Assembly: GCA_020137815.1 (NCBI GenBank)
Contig: CM035354.1
Coordinates: forward strand, 7,936,001 to 8,000,000
Source of the DNA: Hormiphora californensis
Taxonomy: Eukaryota; Animalia; Ctenophora
Length of the DNA stretch: 64,000 nt
Reading direction: 5' to 3'
Every line of letters starts with the position of its first letter. Positions within the stretch are counted from its first letter, which is position 1. The position numbers and the translations under genes were made by a program. Below the pieces are notes generated by a model. It saw only the letters and a list, made by a program, of their open reading frames with translations. It made no database searches and was not told where the DNA came from. Positions 15,479 through 28,150 of this stretch are shown piece after piece.

Positions 15479-16516
15479 TATGCAGTCACCTTCAATATCG
15501 ATATTCGTTCAACATGCTCGAATTACTATGCTCCTGAAACTACCGGTACTATAGTAACCTAGGTTTCACGTGATGTCCTGAAAAATTGGTCCACCAGGCA
15601 TATAAGATATATTATCTTTGCCCTTTATTTGCTATTTAAGGTCAGAACAACACAATATTATACAATTAGAGAGATTGGTGTCTTGAGATATTTCTTAAGA
15701 TACACAGATGCATTATAACGCTACCTCAACAACCGCAAGACACTAAGAGAAGATGAACACTACCTTATATACTTTCAAAAATTATCTTAGAGGTAAAATG
15801 TTACCTTGTTCTAGATACATTTATATTCACCAAGTTGTACTTGATTATGCCAAGAGTTAGTCCCCGTTTGAGTGGATATGATTTGTCTGAATCACAACAA
15901 ACATGAACAAAAAAGAAGGTGGATTCAATCTACAGTGTACATGATATAAATCTAACACCTTTATTGAACAGTGTACGGGATCCCTAACTTTATCGTTATT
16001 TGTACAACTTACCAATTAATTGCCAAATCACCCATCTTCTGATCCTCTGGTTATCTAGGAGGGTAGTAACCTGAAAGAGAAGATTTAGTTGGATGGAAAT
16101 TTAGCTACTGATATATGTACTCCTTTCCGGTAAAAGTGGTAAGTTAGTAAAGACGAAATAAAGCTGTTAGTGTTAACAAAAAAACGTTTAAAATATATAT
16201 GATCAGGATTGGTGGTATTTCACTTTCAGTGTGTCTAATATCACTTTATAGGGCCTTCTTGCCTTGCTCTCACCACACCCTATCTCTCAAATCTTGTAAA
16301 AAGCGTCTACTCCACACTTCTACCATTGCTTGACTCTGATTTGTAATCTAAAAAGCAATACTTCAACGAACCACAATAATGTCCAGGACAGTCACACCTG
16401 ACTGGACTTCCCCGCTTCAAATCACCCAGCATCCTTCTTCTTCTTCTTCATTATATCTTGGGACGTTGTCCTCTACTTCATTTGGTTTATCCCAGTCCTG
16501 ATCACTTCAGAAGTTT

Positions 16517-17491
16517 TCATTCCAGAACAGTTTCCATAACCGTCACCACACCACCGTCATTGGTATTTTCTGATCTTTTCACAGAGGCCAGCATCTTCCG
16601 TACTTCAGACTGAGTCCCCTTATCCACAACCAGAAGGGCAACTGCAGTGTAGCTTGCCTGAAAACACTGGAATAGACAATATACCGTTACTGCAACATAT
16701 GGATTGGATGGTAAAAAACTGTCAAGAATGTCTTTAGCAATGCCCAGGATAACTTGAACGATCTGCCCTCCCACCAGGACTAACAACATCTTAACACCAT
16801 TCCTCCGCTGCTCTCTGGTCTCTGCAGGAGTGTCATCTGCCTTCCGCAACATCTTAATAGTCCGCCATGTGTGTTCCAGAGAGGAGATAAGGAGAGCCAT
16901 CATCAATAGATAAGAAACGATATACAAGGACAAAAAGTATTTCGAGTATACGATCAAGTGACTGAACTTTGATGCTACAGGGACTGCAAAAGCGCTAACA
17001 ATGGCTACAGTCAGGCATATAACTACAGTTACAATACCAAAACCAATAACTTTCCTCAGGATTTCTTTGTAAGGGACAGCATCAAACGGGTCCGCGAGTG
17101 CTCGATACCGGGAGAACGCCATAAGATACAGCAAAGCAGTAGAGTAGAGATTTCCCGAGTAGTACATAAAAGTGTAGACCTGATCAAATGCTGTTGCATT
17201 ACGATAAACGAAGCCCTGATGTGGGGTGTCTTTAACAATGGAATAGGTCCAGCTGGTAGAAATGAACACACCGAGGACAAGGTACACCCCACAAAGACAG
17301 GTTGTCAGTAGAGCCGGAATAGAGTTGGAGATCCGGGCAATCCGGGACTTGATTACAATTGGGTTGAGGAGAATACCGGGTAGGGACAGGAGGACGACCA
17401 GAGTAAGGAAGAGGGGGTCCACATAGGATGGGAACGTCCATCTGATATCCGTTGAGTTGGAGATGTAGTAGGTATCAACAAAAATCGCCAT
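16517..17491 (-). CDS. Divergent 7TM receptor, cluster copy 2
   Basis: Paralog of copy 1. The ORF-track extension to 17989 runs through a microsatellite and is not credited. Confidence 0.85.
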   Translation of the reverse strand: MAIFVDTYYISNSTDIRWTFPSYVDPLFLTLVVLLSLPGILLNPIVIKSRIARISNSIPALLTTCLCGVYLVLGVFISTSWTYSIVKDTPHQGFVYRNATAFDQVYTFMYYSGNLYSTALLYLMAFSRYRALADPFDAVPYKEILRKVIGFGIVTVVICLTVAIVSAFAVPVASKFSHLIVYSKYFLSLYIVSYLLMMALLISSLEHTWRTIKMLRKADDTPAETREQRRNGVKMLLVLVGGQIVQVILGIAKDILDSFLPSNPYVAVTVYCLFQCFQASYTAVALLVVDKGTQSEVRKMLASVKRSENTNDGGVVTVMETVLE

Positions 17492-17657
17492 GTTGTCTGT
17501 GCCCCGAAGTGAGATTAAAGACACACGATCTAGGATAGTATATATTAAAGACACGGATGGTTGTGTTAGAGTTTTCTTTTCAGAGGTGCCTTCCTCATTA
17601 TGGCTTAACAATACACGTAAACAGCCGCATCTGTCTACAACAATTAAGAGCACGGGC

Positions 17658-17700
<43 letters not shown>

Positions 17701-17959
17701 GGAGAGGACTGAGGAGAGGGAGACGAAAGTATGGAGAGAGGAGAGAGAGAGGATGAGAGAGAGAGGAGAGAGAGACGAGAGAGATGGAGAAAGGAGATGA
17801 GAGTGATATGGGAGAGAGATGATGTGAGAGAGAGAGAGAGAGGATCGAGAGGAGCAAGGAACAGAGAGAAGAGAGAAGGATGAGAGAGGGGCAAGACCGA
17901 AGAGAAGAGAGCGAGAGAGAGAGAGAGAAAGAGACAGACAACAGTTTAGGAATATATAT

Positions 17960-19024
17960 CACTGCGCTGGCAAGCGCAAAGGTTGCCATCCCCCCCCCTC
18001 AAAAAGCGCCGCCAGAAACGCAGTTATACGTTTTATGGGTGTTTGGCTGAAAATCCAGATTTCAGAAGGCTATAGCGTGGCTCCCTTTCATCCGTTTGAC
18101 TTGAAATTTGGAATGTATACCCGGCTTGGGGTCTTTGACTCAAGTTCAAAATTTCAAGTCTCTATCTCATCTGGAACCGAAGTTACAGACAGGTCCCATT
18201 TGCCCTAAATTCAGTGTAACAGGCATGCGCGTGCGCGCGTAGGAGAGACGCTTTTTATAAGTGAATGTGACGCCAAACGAAAAGAGATAGAGACTTCATC
18301 TTTTCACAGCCGGTAGATCTACTGGATGTGTGTGCATTAGTCGTAGTGGGTTCCCTTTTCATCGCCAGGAACGTCCTACAGAACGTCTTAAAGTCGTCAT
18401 TTTTCAGACTCTAACCAAAATTCTTTGAGCTCAATTTACAGCCTGAAGACGGATTCTAATCAAAAATTGAAGACTATATCATGGAAAGAGAATTGTCTGA
18501 ACTTTCAGAAACTATATCGTGAATTTTGAAAACCAGACGTATAAGGGTCTTCAAACGCGTCTAAAGTGTTATGACTGTTTAAAAACAGATATGACGTTAT
18601 CGGTTTTTTCGCTATAGCGAACTCAAATCTCATCCAATCGATCTCAAACTTGGTCAGTATTTTCATCTAGGTGGGCCCGATAATATGACGTTATAATTTT
18701 GACGTTACAACGTCGTAACGTCATTTTATGACGTCAAAATGACGTCAAAAATGAAAATTTCTCAATTTCGCGACTCTAACCTCTCTGTATCTGTTCTACT
18801 ACATCTAAATGGATAAAAAATCCCAAAAATGATGCAAATTATACCAAAACTAATTGAAATTAGTAGGCCGGAAAGGTTGCCTTACGATTTGAGCTACCTT
18901 TGGCACTGGTACATTCCCTTTTGAAGCATCAGTAACCTGTCTATACCCCGTGAAAGTTACGGTGCCTAAGGTAGCTCAAATCGTAAGGCAACCTTTCCGG
19001 CCTACTAATTTCAATTAGTTTTGG

Positions 19025-19062
<38 letters not shown>
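17960..19062. mobile_element. Composite insertion ending in (TA)n, flanked by a 17-bp direct repeat
   Basis: AGTTTAGGAATATATAT at 17943-17959 and 19063-19079. Paralogous units have a single copy and no insert. Small terminal hairpin TGCGCTGGCAAGCGCA. Confidence 0.65.
18844..19024. mobile_element. MITE with ~60-bp TIRs and TA flanks
   Basis: CCAAAACTAATTGAAATTAGTAGGCCGG... and its reverse complement. Confidence 0.85.
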
Positions 19063-19066
<4 letters not shown>

Positions 19067-19749
19067 TAGGAATATATATTAATAATTGAACGCAGCTGTT
19101 GATCCAAGGATTGGATCATTTGTAGTGTATTCCCAATGACGTAGAAAAGGGAGTAAGCAGTCGCCTTCAATATCGATATTCGTTCAACATGTTCGAATTG
19201 CACATTGTCACGGCACCTCTCGGAATATTTTTCAACTCCATTTATGTCTAGACTCTCGATCCTAAGTCGGTACATTTTTCGGATGGCAGAATCTGCCGCA
19301 GATGGTTTCTGGGAAATGTCGGGACATACCATCTGCCCTGTCTCACTGCACCTGGCACAAATGTAAACGAACTTAACAACCATCTCTAACTAGTTGGTGG
19401 GTAACCTAGTTTTCAGTATTTTTAGAAGAAAAAGATAGAAATAATACCTATAGTCCCTGGAAAATGACTCAGGTAGTTCAAGGTGCCCGCCGCGCAATTT
19501 ATCCTGCTATTTTTGCAAATTTGGTCCTCCTAATGTGTCCCAACATCTAAAACCTTAGACCAACCCAGCCGCACACACTGGAAGCATGGAATCACTTGTA
19601 GCTCGCGTTGAAGGTCAGAACAACACACTATTATACAAGAGACTGGTGTCTTGAGATATTTCTTCAAACACACAGAGGCATTATAACGCTACCTCAACAA
19701 CCTCAAGACACTAAGAGAAGATGAACACTACCTTATCTAGACTACATAC

Positions 19750-22525
19750 TTTCATACGCACGTGCTAAAAAGATCATTCAGGGTTTAGAAATCAGCAGTT
19801 CGTGGAGTTAACTAAATGTCCGTCCGTCCGTCCGTCATGGACAACGCCTGACAACCGATCCGTTTTGAAAGCGTCGTCCGCAAAGTTATTACACTACGGA
19901 TTTCGGTGGCGTGCGCTCAAAATTTGCTGCGCGCGCCGCACACACACTCTCAATGCAGCGTATGTATACACACCTCACGCGTTACAGCATAGCGGTGCTA
20001 TTAGCGATCGAATGATTTAACTTCTTGAAACTTAAAGGCGTTGAAAGGTCAGCTCGTTAGTATGGTGACTGAGGGAACGTGAGAAGTTTCCCATGCATAG
20101 TTTAGTGTCACATAACATTGTAATTAGGCGTTGGCGGACGACGATCAAATAACATTGCACGGTATCATCTAGTGTGGGCGGCGCTTAACAGATCTCATCG
20201 CTTATCAGTGATCAGTTGGAGTATTCGTTGGCAGGGAAACACAGCATTATGAAACATAATGCAATAATAATTCTTGTTACAGAAGCGATCAGTTTAGACA
20301 ATTTTGGAACCCATTGACCATGTTTGAAGTTCAGAATGGTTCAACGTAACCGGTGACGGACAATTTCTGAAGTTCAGCTTTTTTGCGGTCTACGTGCCCA
20401 AAAATCAGGTCTCAATGTTAGCCTTGTAGAAGCCGTCAACAGATACAGATTGACTCAGGGCTCCTTGAAGGGCTAGAATGACCTCTTCTAAGGATACTTG
20501 AGGAAAATCAAGTTCTTCCGATTTTCACCCTTGATTTTGTGGGCTATTTTTAGATTTCAGTCAAAAAGTGCTTTTCTCACTTTGAATTGCTGTCGCCCTG
20601 GACCTAGCCGGTCGTTTGTCAAGATTTATCCATCAAAATATGAATTAAACCATGCTCTGCATGACCCTAAAGTTTATTGTTGGTTTTGAGTGTCTTAGAA
20701 GGTCTAAAATTGAAGTTGAAAAAAGTCGACCAAAAACGGGAAAATTTTTCTGGCATTTTGGGATACTAGCGCACCCATTGGGTGCGCCTAAAGTAAGGGC
20801 TTTTTGATAGCCCACCCGGCTTCGCCGGGTGGTTCTTTTCGCCCCTTTCAACGTCAATAACACGGTTGCCATGACAACTGAATTGGTAACTATGGGGACT
20901 GGCATGTTAAAAGTCATTCGAAAATATTAACAAACTTCCACTGGAAGTTCCAAAAGTGTGAATAACAGCTTTACAGCTTTGGGCACATAAAGTGTTTTAT
21001 GAAGGAGCAGTCTGTCGCGTAGAAACGCACTGAACGAACGGCCATCACGACGTTCATCTCCAAATTATAATAGACTAGCGCACCCATTGGGTGCGCTCAA
21101 GTAAGGGCATTTTGATAACCCACCCGGCTTCGCCTGGTGGTTCTTTTCGCCCCTTTCAACACGGTTGCCATGGCAACTGAATTGGTAACTATGGGGACTG
21201 GCATGTTAAAAGGCATTCGAAAATATTAATCAACTTCCACTGGAAGTTCCAAAACTGTGAGTAACAGCTTTACAGCTTTGGGCACATAGAGTGTTTTATG
21301 AAGGAGCAGTCTGTCGCTTAGATACCGCCTAACGAACGACTTCGACGACGTTCATCTCCAAATTATAATATAGACTAGCGCACCCATTGGGTGCGCCTCA
21401 AGTAAGGGCTTTTTTATAACCCACCCGGCTTCGCCGGGTGGTTCTTTTCGCCCCTTTCAACGTCAATAACACGGTTGCCATGGCAACTGAATTGGTAACT
21501 ATGGGGACTGGGATGTTAAAAGTCATTCGAAAATATTAACAAACTTCCGCTGGAAGTTCAAAAAGTGTGAACAGCAGCTTTACAGCTTTGGTCATATGAA
21601 GTGTTTTATGAAGGAGCACTGTCGCGTAGAAACGCACTGAACGAACGACCATCACTTCGACGTCGTTCATCTCCAACTTATAATAGAGATTTTGGGATTA
21701 TTAGCCCCCTATAACTCCAATCCCGCAACTTTTTCGGCCCAAAATTGGTTGTTTCCCATTATAACTGATAGAATGGACTACTTCATGTGCAAAATAGGTC
21801 ATTTCCCAACATTTTTGCTTCCATTTTGACGATTTTTCGGAAAGTGAGTGAGTTTTGGTCAACCACTAGGAAATGGGGTGTAGCCTTGAGAAAAAAGTTC
21901 TCCAGATCTTTACTGAGGATGTTATGAGACCGAAATTGTGTCAGGAACAAGATACTATAAAAATTTAATGGCCCCGATAAACATGAAGAAACAAGAATTA
22001 TTATTGCATTATGTTTCATAATGCTGTGTTTCCCTGCCAACGAATACCGTGCAATGTGATCTGATCGTCGTCCGCCAACGCCTAATTACAATGTTATGTG
22101 ACACTAAGCTATGCATGGCCTGGGAAACTTCTCACGTTCCCTCATTCACCATACTAACGAGCTGAGCTTTCAGCGCCTTTAAGTTTCAAGAAGTTAAATC
22201 CATTCGATCGCTAATAGTATAGCACCGCTATGCTGTAACGCGCGAGGTGTGTATATGTATACGCTGCATTGAGAGCGCCGCGCGCGGCAAATTTTGAGCG
22301 CGCGCCACCACAATCCGTAGTGGAATAACTTTGCGGACGAACTTTTCAAAATTGTCAGCATCGCGGTTGTCAGGCTGCTACCGTGACACACGCGATTTTG
22401 ACCACGCTCGAGTTACTATTTCAAATCCGAGATTTCTAAACCCTTTATGATCTTTTTAGCACACGTGCTAAAACGATCATCCGGGTGGATGCCCTTCGGG
22501 CATCCACCCGGGCAGGGAAAAAATT
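19750..22525. mobile_element. Helentron/DINE-like non-autonomous element with long inverted internal segments
   Basis: Sub-terminal inverted repeats (GCACGTGCTAAAAAGATCAT..AGGGTTTAGAAATC), a (GTCC)n microsatellite, and a terminal hairpin CCGGGTGGATGCCCTTCGGGCATCCACCCGG followed by GCAGGGAAAAAA. About 19850-20280 is inverted relative to about 21990-22380. Related ends at about 35210-35390 and 51190-51330. Confidence 0.6.
20766..21689 (-). mobile_element. Three head-to-tail non-autonomous Helitron copies (~300 bp each)
   Basis: On the minus strand each unit starts TC(T/C)..ATTATAA and ends with the hairpin GCGCACCCAATGGGTGCGC plus CTAG. Inserted between A and T. Confidence 0.85.
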
Positions 22526-22550
22526 CGTAATTGAAAATCATTATGGATCA

Positions 22551-22831
22551 TCTCTATCGTTCGTTAGGCGGTATCTAAGCGACAAGCTGCTCCTTCATAA
22601 AATACTTTATGTGCCCAAAGCTGTAAAGCTGTTACTCACAGTTTTGGAACTTCCAGTGGAAGTTTATTAATATTTTCGAATGCCTTTTAACATGCCAGTC
22701 CCCATAGTTACCAATTCAGTTGCCATGGCAACCGTGTTATTGACATTAAAAGTGGCGAAAAGAACCACTCGGCGAAGCCGGGTGGGTTATCAAAACACCC
22801 TTACTTGAGGAGCACCCAATGGGTGCGCTAG
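22551..22831 (+). mobile_element. Single Helitron copy with an internal deletion
   Basis: Same family: 5' TCTCTAT, 3' hairpin plus CTAG. Confidence 0.8.
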
Positions 22832-23942
22832 TCTTCTATAAGTATGTCTTGGGAAAGTTCATCCCAAAAATACTTTTTAACCACTTTAAAAATATCTCAA
22901 CTACTGAGAACTAATCGTATAAACATTTCACAAGGCTCTTGTCATTTCGGTGGTTGAAGGAGGAAGTAATCGAGAGTGAAAATATAGATTGGAGCAATCA
23001 GAACTAAACTAAATTATCTTAGAGGTTAAATGTTACCTTGTTCTAGATACATTTATATTCACCAAGTTGTACTTGATTATGCCAAGAGTTAGTCCCCGTT
23101 TGAGTGGATATGATTTGTCCGAATCACAACAACAAACATGATCAAAACATAAGGTGGATTCAATCTACAGTGTACATGTGATATCTATCGAATCTAATCT
23201 AACACCTTTATTGGACAATGTAGGAGATCCCTAACTTCACCGTTATTTGTACAACTTACCAATTAAAAAAATTGCCAAATCACCCATCTTCTGATCCTCT
23301 GGTTATCTAGGAGGGTAGTAACCTGAAAGAGAAGATTTAGTTGGATGGAAATTTGGCTACTGATATATATGTACTTCCTTTCCGCTAAAAGTGGTAAGTT
23401 AGTAAAGACGAAATAAAGCTGTTAGTGTTTACAGAAAAAACGTTTAAAATATATGATCAGGATTGATAGTTAATATTTGTCTCTGGTGGTATTTTACAGT
23501 ACTTTCAGTGTGTCTACCACTTTATAGGGCCTTCTTGCCTTGCTCTCACCACACCCTGTCTCTCAAGTCTTGTAAAAAGCATCTATTCTACACTTCAACC
23601 ATTGTCTGACTTGACTCTGATTTGTAATATCAAAACACTACTTCAACGATCAACAATAGTGTCCAGGACAGTCACGCCCCGCTTCAAATCACCCAGCATC
23701 TTACGTATCTCTATCCACTACTACCCGGGATCACTTTCTACTGCAGTTGTGGCTTCAACTTGCATCTACGTAATCAAGTTGGTAATGAAATTACCCCTCC
23801 GCACAAGCTCACGGATATGCAATAATAGGGGTGACTTCGTAACCAAGTCCCTACCACACCTTCTTCTTCTTCTTCATTATATCTTGGGATATCATCCTCT
23901 ACTTCATTTGGTTTATCCCAGTCCTGATCACTTCAGAAGTGT

Positions 23943-24938
23943 TCATTCCAGAACAGTTTCCATAACCGTCACTGCACCACCCTCATTGGTATTTTCTGAT
24001 CTTTTCACAGAGGCCAGCATCTTCCGTACTTCAGACTGAGTCCCCTTATCTGCAATCAGAAGGGCAACTGCAGTGTAACTTGCCTGGAAACACTGGAACA
24101 GACAATACTGCGTTACGGCAACATATGGATTGGAGGGCATAAAACTGTCAAGAATGCTTTTAGCAATGCCCAGGATAACTTGTACGATCTGCCCTCCCAC
24201 CAGGACTAACACCATATTAACACCATTCCTCCGCTGCTCTCTGGTCTCTGCAGGAGTGTCATCTGTCTTCCTCAGCAACTTAATAGTCCGCCATGTGTGA
24301 TCCAGAGAGGAGATAAGTAGAGCTAGCATCAATAGATCAGAAACAGAATACAAGGATATGACCGTTTCTTCTGAGTATACTTTATATACCAACTTATCAA
24401 ACTTTGATGCGATAACAACAGCATCAGGGACAGTAAAAGCAATAACAGCGGCTCCAGCCAGGCATATAACTACAGTTGCAATACCAAAACCAATAACTTT
24501 CCTCAGGATCTCTTTGTAAGGGACAGCATCAAACGGGTCCGCGATTGCTCGATACCGGGAGAACGCCATAAGATACAGCAGAGCAGTAGAGTAGAGATTT
24601 CCCGAATTGTAGACGAACCCGTATACTTGATCAAATGCGGTTGCAAAACGAAAATCGATGTCCTGATTTGGGGTGTCTTTAACAATGAAATAGGTCCAGC
24701 TGGTAGAAATGAACACACCGAGGACAAGGTACACCCCACAAAGACAGGTTGTCAGTAGAGCCGGAATAGAGTTGGAGATCCGGGCAATCCGGGACTTGAT
24801 TACAATTGGATTGAGGAGAATACCGGGCAGGGACAGGAGGACGACCAGAGTAAGGAAGAGAGGGTCCACATAGGATGGGAACGTCCACCTGATATCCGTT
24901 GAGTTGGAGATGTAGTAGGTATCAACAAAAACTCCCAT
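23943..24938 (-). CDS. Divergent 7TM receptor, cluster copy 3
   Basis: Intact ORF, closest to copy 1 over most of its length. Confidence 0.85.
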   Translation of the reverse strand: MGVFVDTYYISNSTDIRWTFPSYVDPLFLTLVVLLSLPGILLNPIVIKSRIARISNSIPALLTTCLCGVYLVLGVFISTSWTYFIVKDTPNQDIDFRFATAFDQVYGFVYNSGNLYSTALLYLMAFSRYRAIADPFDAVPYKEILRKVIGFGIATVVICLAGAAVIAFTVPDAVVIASKFDKLVYKVYSEETVISLYSVSDLLMLALLISSLDHTWRTIKLLRKTDDTPAETREQRRNGVNMVLVLVGGQIVQVILGIAKSILDSFMPSNPYVAVTQYCLFQCFQASYTAVALLIADKGTQSEVRKMLASVKRSENTNEGGAVTVMETVLE

Positions 24939-25118
24939 GTTGTCTGTGCCCAGAAGTGAGATTAAAGACACACGATCTATAGGATGGTATATATTAAAGA
25001 CACAGATGGCTGTGTTAGAGTTTTCTTTTCAGAGGTGCCTTCCTCATTATGGCTTAACAATACACGTAAACAGCCGCATCTGTCTACAATTAAGAGCACG
25101 GACGATAAAGAGAAAGAT

Positions 25119-25167
<49 letters not shown>

Positions 25168-25273
25168 TAGAGAAAAAGACAGACAACAGTCTAGGAATAT
25201 ATTAATAATTGAACGCAGCTGCTGATTGTATTGCCAACGACGTAGAAAAGGGAGTATGCAGTCACCTTCAATA

Positions 25274-25460
25274 CAGTGCTGCTTGCAGTCAAAATACGGT
25301 ATCGCGAAATACAGTGATGACTGATGAGACACACACGTTGCATAACGCACGGCAAAAAGTTCATGTGTCAGCACGTACTAGCGTACTGATTGGCCACGGT
25401 TGCGCGTCGTCTTACTGTATCTTCGTTTTCCATTACCGTTTTCCCACTACAAGCGACCGT
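25274..25460. mobile_element. Tc1/mariner-like MITE (~185 bp); further copies at about 30290-30471 and 30969-31149
   Basis: Imperfect TIRs CAGTGCTGCTTG(C/T)AGTC / CACTACAAGCGACCGTG with TA-type flanks. Three related copies in the window. Confidence 0.75.
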
Positions 25461-26536
25461 GATATCGATATTCGTTCAACATGCTCGAATTACTATGCTC
25501 CTGAAACTACCGGTACTATATGTAGTAACCTAGGTTTCACGTGATGTCCTGAAAAATTGGTCCACCAGGCATATAAGATATATTATCTTTGCCCTTTATT
25601 TGCTATTTAAGGTACAGAACAACACAATATTATACAAGAGTCTGGTGTCTTGAGATATTTCTTAAGATACACAGATGCATTAGCCATTATAATAACGCTA
25701 CCTCATTAACCGCAAGACACTAAGAGAAGATGAACACTACCGTATCTAGACTACATACTTTCAAAAATTATCTTAGAGGTTAAATGTTACCTTGTTCTAG
25801 ACACATTTATATTCACCAAGTTGTACTTGATTATGCCAAGAGTTAGTCCCCGTTTGAGTGGATATGATTTGTCTGAATCACAACAAACATGAACAAAAAA
25901 TAAGGTGGATTCAATCTACAGTGTACATGATATAAATCTAACACCTTTATTGAACAGTGTACGGGATCCCTAACTTTATCGTTATTTGTACAACTTACCA
26001 ATTAATTGTCAAATCACCCATCTTCTGATCCTCTGGTTATCTAGGAGGGTAATCACCTGAAAGAAAAGATTTAGTTGGATGGAAATTGGGCTACTGATAT
26101 ACTCCTTTCCGGTGAAAGTGGTAAGTTAGTAAAGACGAAATAAAGTTGTTAATATTTACAAAAAAACGTTTAAAATATATATGATCAGGATTGGTGGCAT
26201 TTCACTTCCAGTGTATCAACTTTATAGGGCCTTCTTGCCTTGCTCTCACCACACCCTATCTCTCAAAAGCGTCTACTCTACACTTCTAACCATCGTCTGA
26301 CTTGACTTTGTTTTATAATCTAAAAACACTACTTCAACGATCCACAATAGTGTCCAGGACTTCCCCACTTCAAATCATCCAGCATCTTAATACGTACCTC
26401 TAAATACATATCTCTATCCACTGCTACCCGGGATCACTTTCTACTGCAGTTGTGGCTTCAACTTGCATCTACGTAATCAAGTTGGTAATGAAATTACCCC
26501 TCCGCACAAGCTCACGGATATGCAATAATAGGGGTG

Positions 26537-28020
26537 TGTGTGTGTGTGTGTGTGTGTGTTTTGCACCGCCCGTCATTCCACCCACTTTACTGCCCCACAA
26601 TGGTCGGCAGCCAACCTCTATTAATATCACTCTTCGCCACCGTCCCCCACACGTAGGGATAGTGTTGATGTTGTTCCGGTTTGGGTCCTGGTATTTTGTC
26701 GAGCAAGCTCAACATTTCCCTCGAACCTTTGCCGGCATCACAAGAAGAGTATTTGATACAGTGAATCTAATAGTAGACTGACATACCTATATTGTCAGGG
26801 CAATGGATGGAATTTACCTGTCACACAGACTGGTCTCTGGTTACTACTGCTCCAAGGAGCTGTAGAGGTAGGTGGGTTGCCGGATATAACAATACCGTGG
26901 GTTCACCATCTAATCGGTGACGGCTGAAATATCTTATCACACCTCAGGTCTTGGGTCAAAACCGCTAGCAGTACTTATCAGCATGCAACCTGGGGGTCCG
27001 GACAGCTAATTTCTTAGCAAGCACAGATAAGCATGAAAACGCTTATGTTAACTCTGGTGAGCATTTGGCAAATTATCAGCTCCCAGGGGTTGCACTTTTG
27101 CGGGGTAACTACTTGCCATATGGCGGAGGTGGCCATTTGTTTGGCCCGACCTGCCCTACCACTCTTGGGTCCTTATTGCGTTGTTATAGAAGAAAACTCC
27201 CCCATAAGTAGCGTTGCCCTATAGTTTGCCACTTGTTCCAGGTCGGGATAGTTAGGGATGGTTTAATCGAATAGGTTACTTTTGGCTATTAGTTTGGAGA
27301 ACTTTACCAAATCAAATGTGTTGCTCGATCTGTTTGTCAGTGAGGAGGATTGTTCTAGATATATATTGCAAAGGTAGTATGTGGCAAAAATTTGGGCAGA
27401 GGTTCCCCAGGGGAATAACCCCTATTTTTGCGAGAGAAGGTAACCTCCGTCCAACCAATATGGGATGTTGGACAGGAGGGCTGTTTTAAAGGCTACAGCT
27501 GCCGGGTGATTACAAATCATGGGTTGCCATAATTGAGGGAGGCTAGTTCTCTGGCGTAGAATTTACCCCCATAATTAAATGGGAGACAGCCGACGGGTCA
27601 TCAGGCATGCCTAGTAGGCATTGCCTACTAGGCGGAGGCCCTCGGTGATTACAAATCATGGGTTGCCATGTGTAACAAGGTTACTGGCTGGGGTGAGATT
27701 ATCAGTTCAACTGGGATCCCCACTAAAACTCAGTCCGACGACCGACCGACAAACGATCGATCAACGACTGATATCAATCGTCAACCAACCGCTCATCAAT
27801 CGACCGCCGAACCAAATCCCAGCAGGGACCAGCCGCACTGCAAGAGCTCGGTGCCATAGTTGAGTTCGGCAAGGTCTCTGGCAAAGTTTACTCCCCAAGA
27901 TTGGGGAGATAGCCGGGTGATTTGACCGTAATCACTGGACCATCAGCCAACCAGGTCCACGGCAACGGGACTGAGCTCGAAGAACTCAGCTGGCACGAAG
28001 AACCTGAGTTCCCCCCGCTG
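26537..28020 (-). mobile_element. Non-coding retroposon-like insertion with a (CA)n 3' tail
   Basis: 13-bp TSD AATAATAGGGGTG at 26524-26536 and 28021-28033. Empty site at 23821. (TG)n at the left end; no long ORF. Confidence 0.75.
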
Positions 28021-28150
28021 AATAATAGGGGTGACTTCGTAACCAAGTAATCAAGTCCCTACCACACCTTCTTCTTCATCATCATTATATCTTGGGATAT
28101 CATCCTCTACTTCATTTGGTTTATCCCAGTCCTGATCACTTCATAAAACA

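Noticed and set aside
17492-17989. N-terminal extension making receptor copy 2 a 490-aa protein
   Set aside because: Runs through a CT microsatellite; paralogs start at the MAIFVD-equivalent ATG behind an acceptor.
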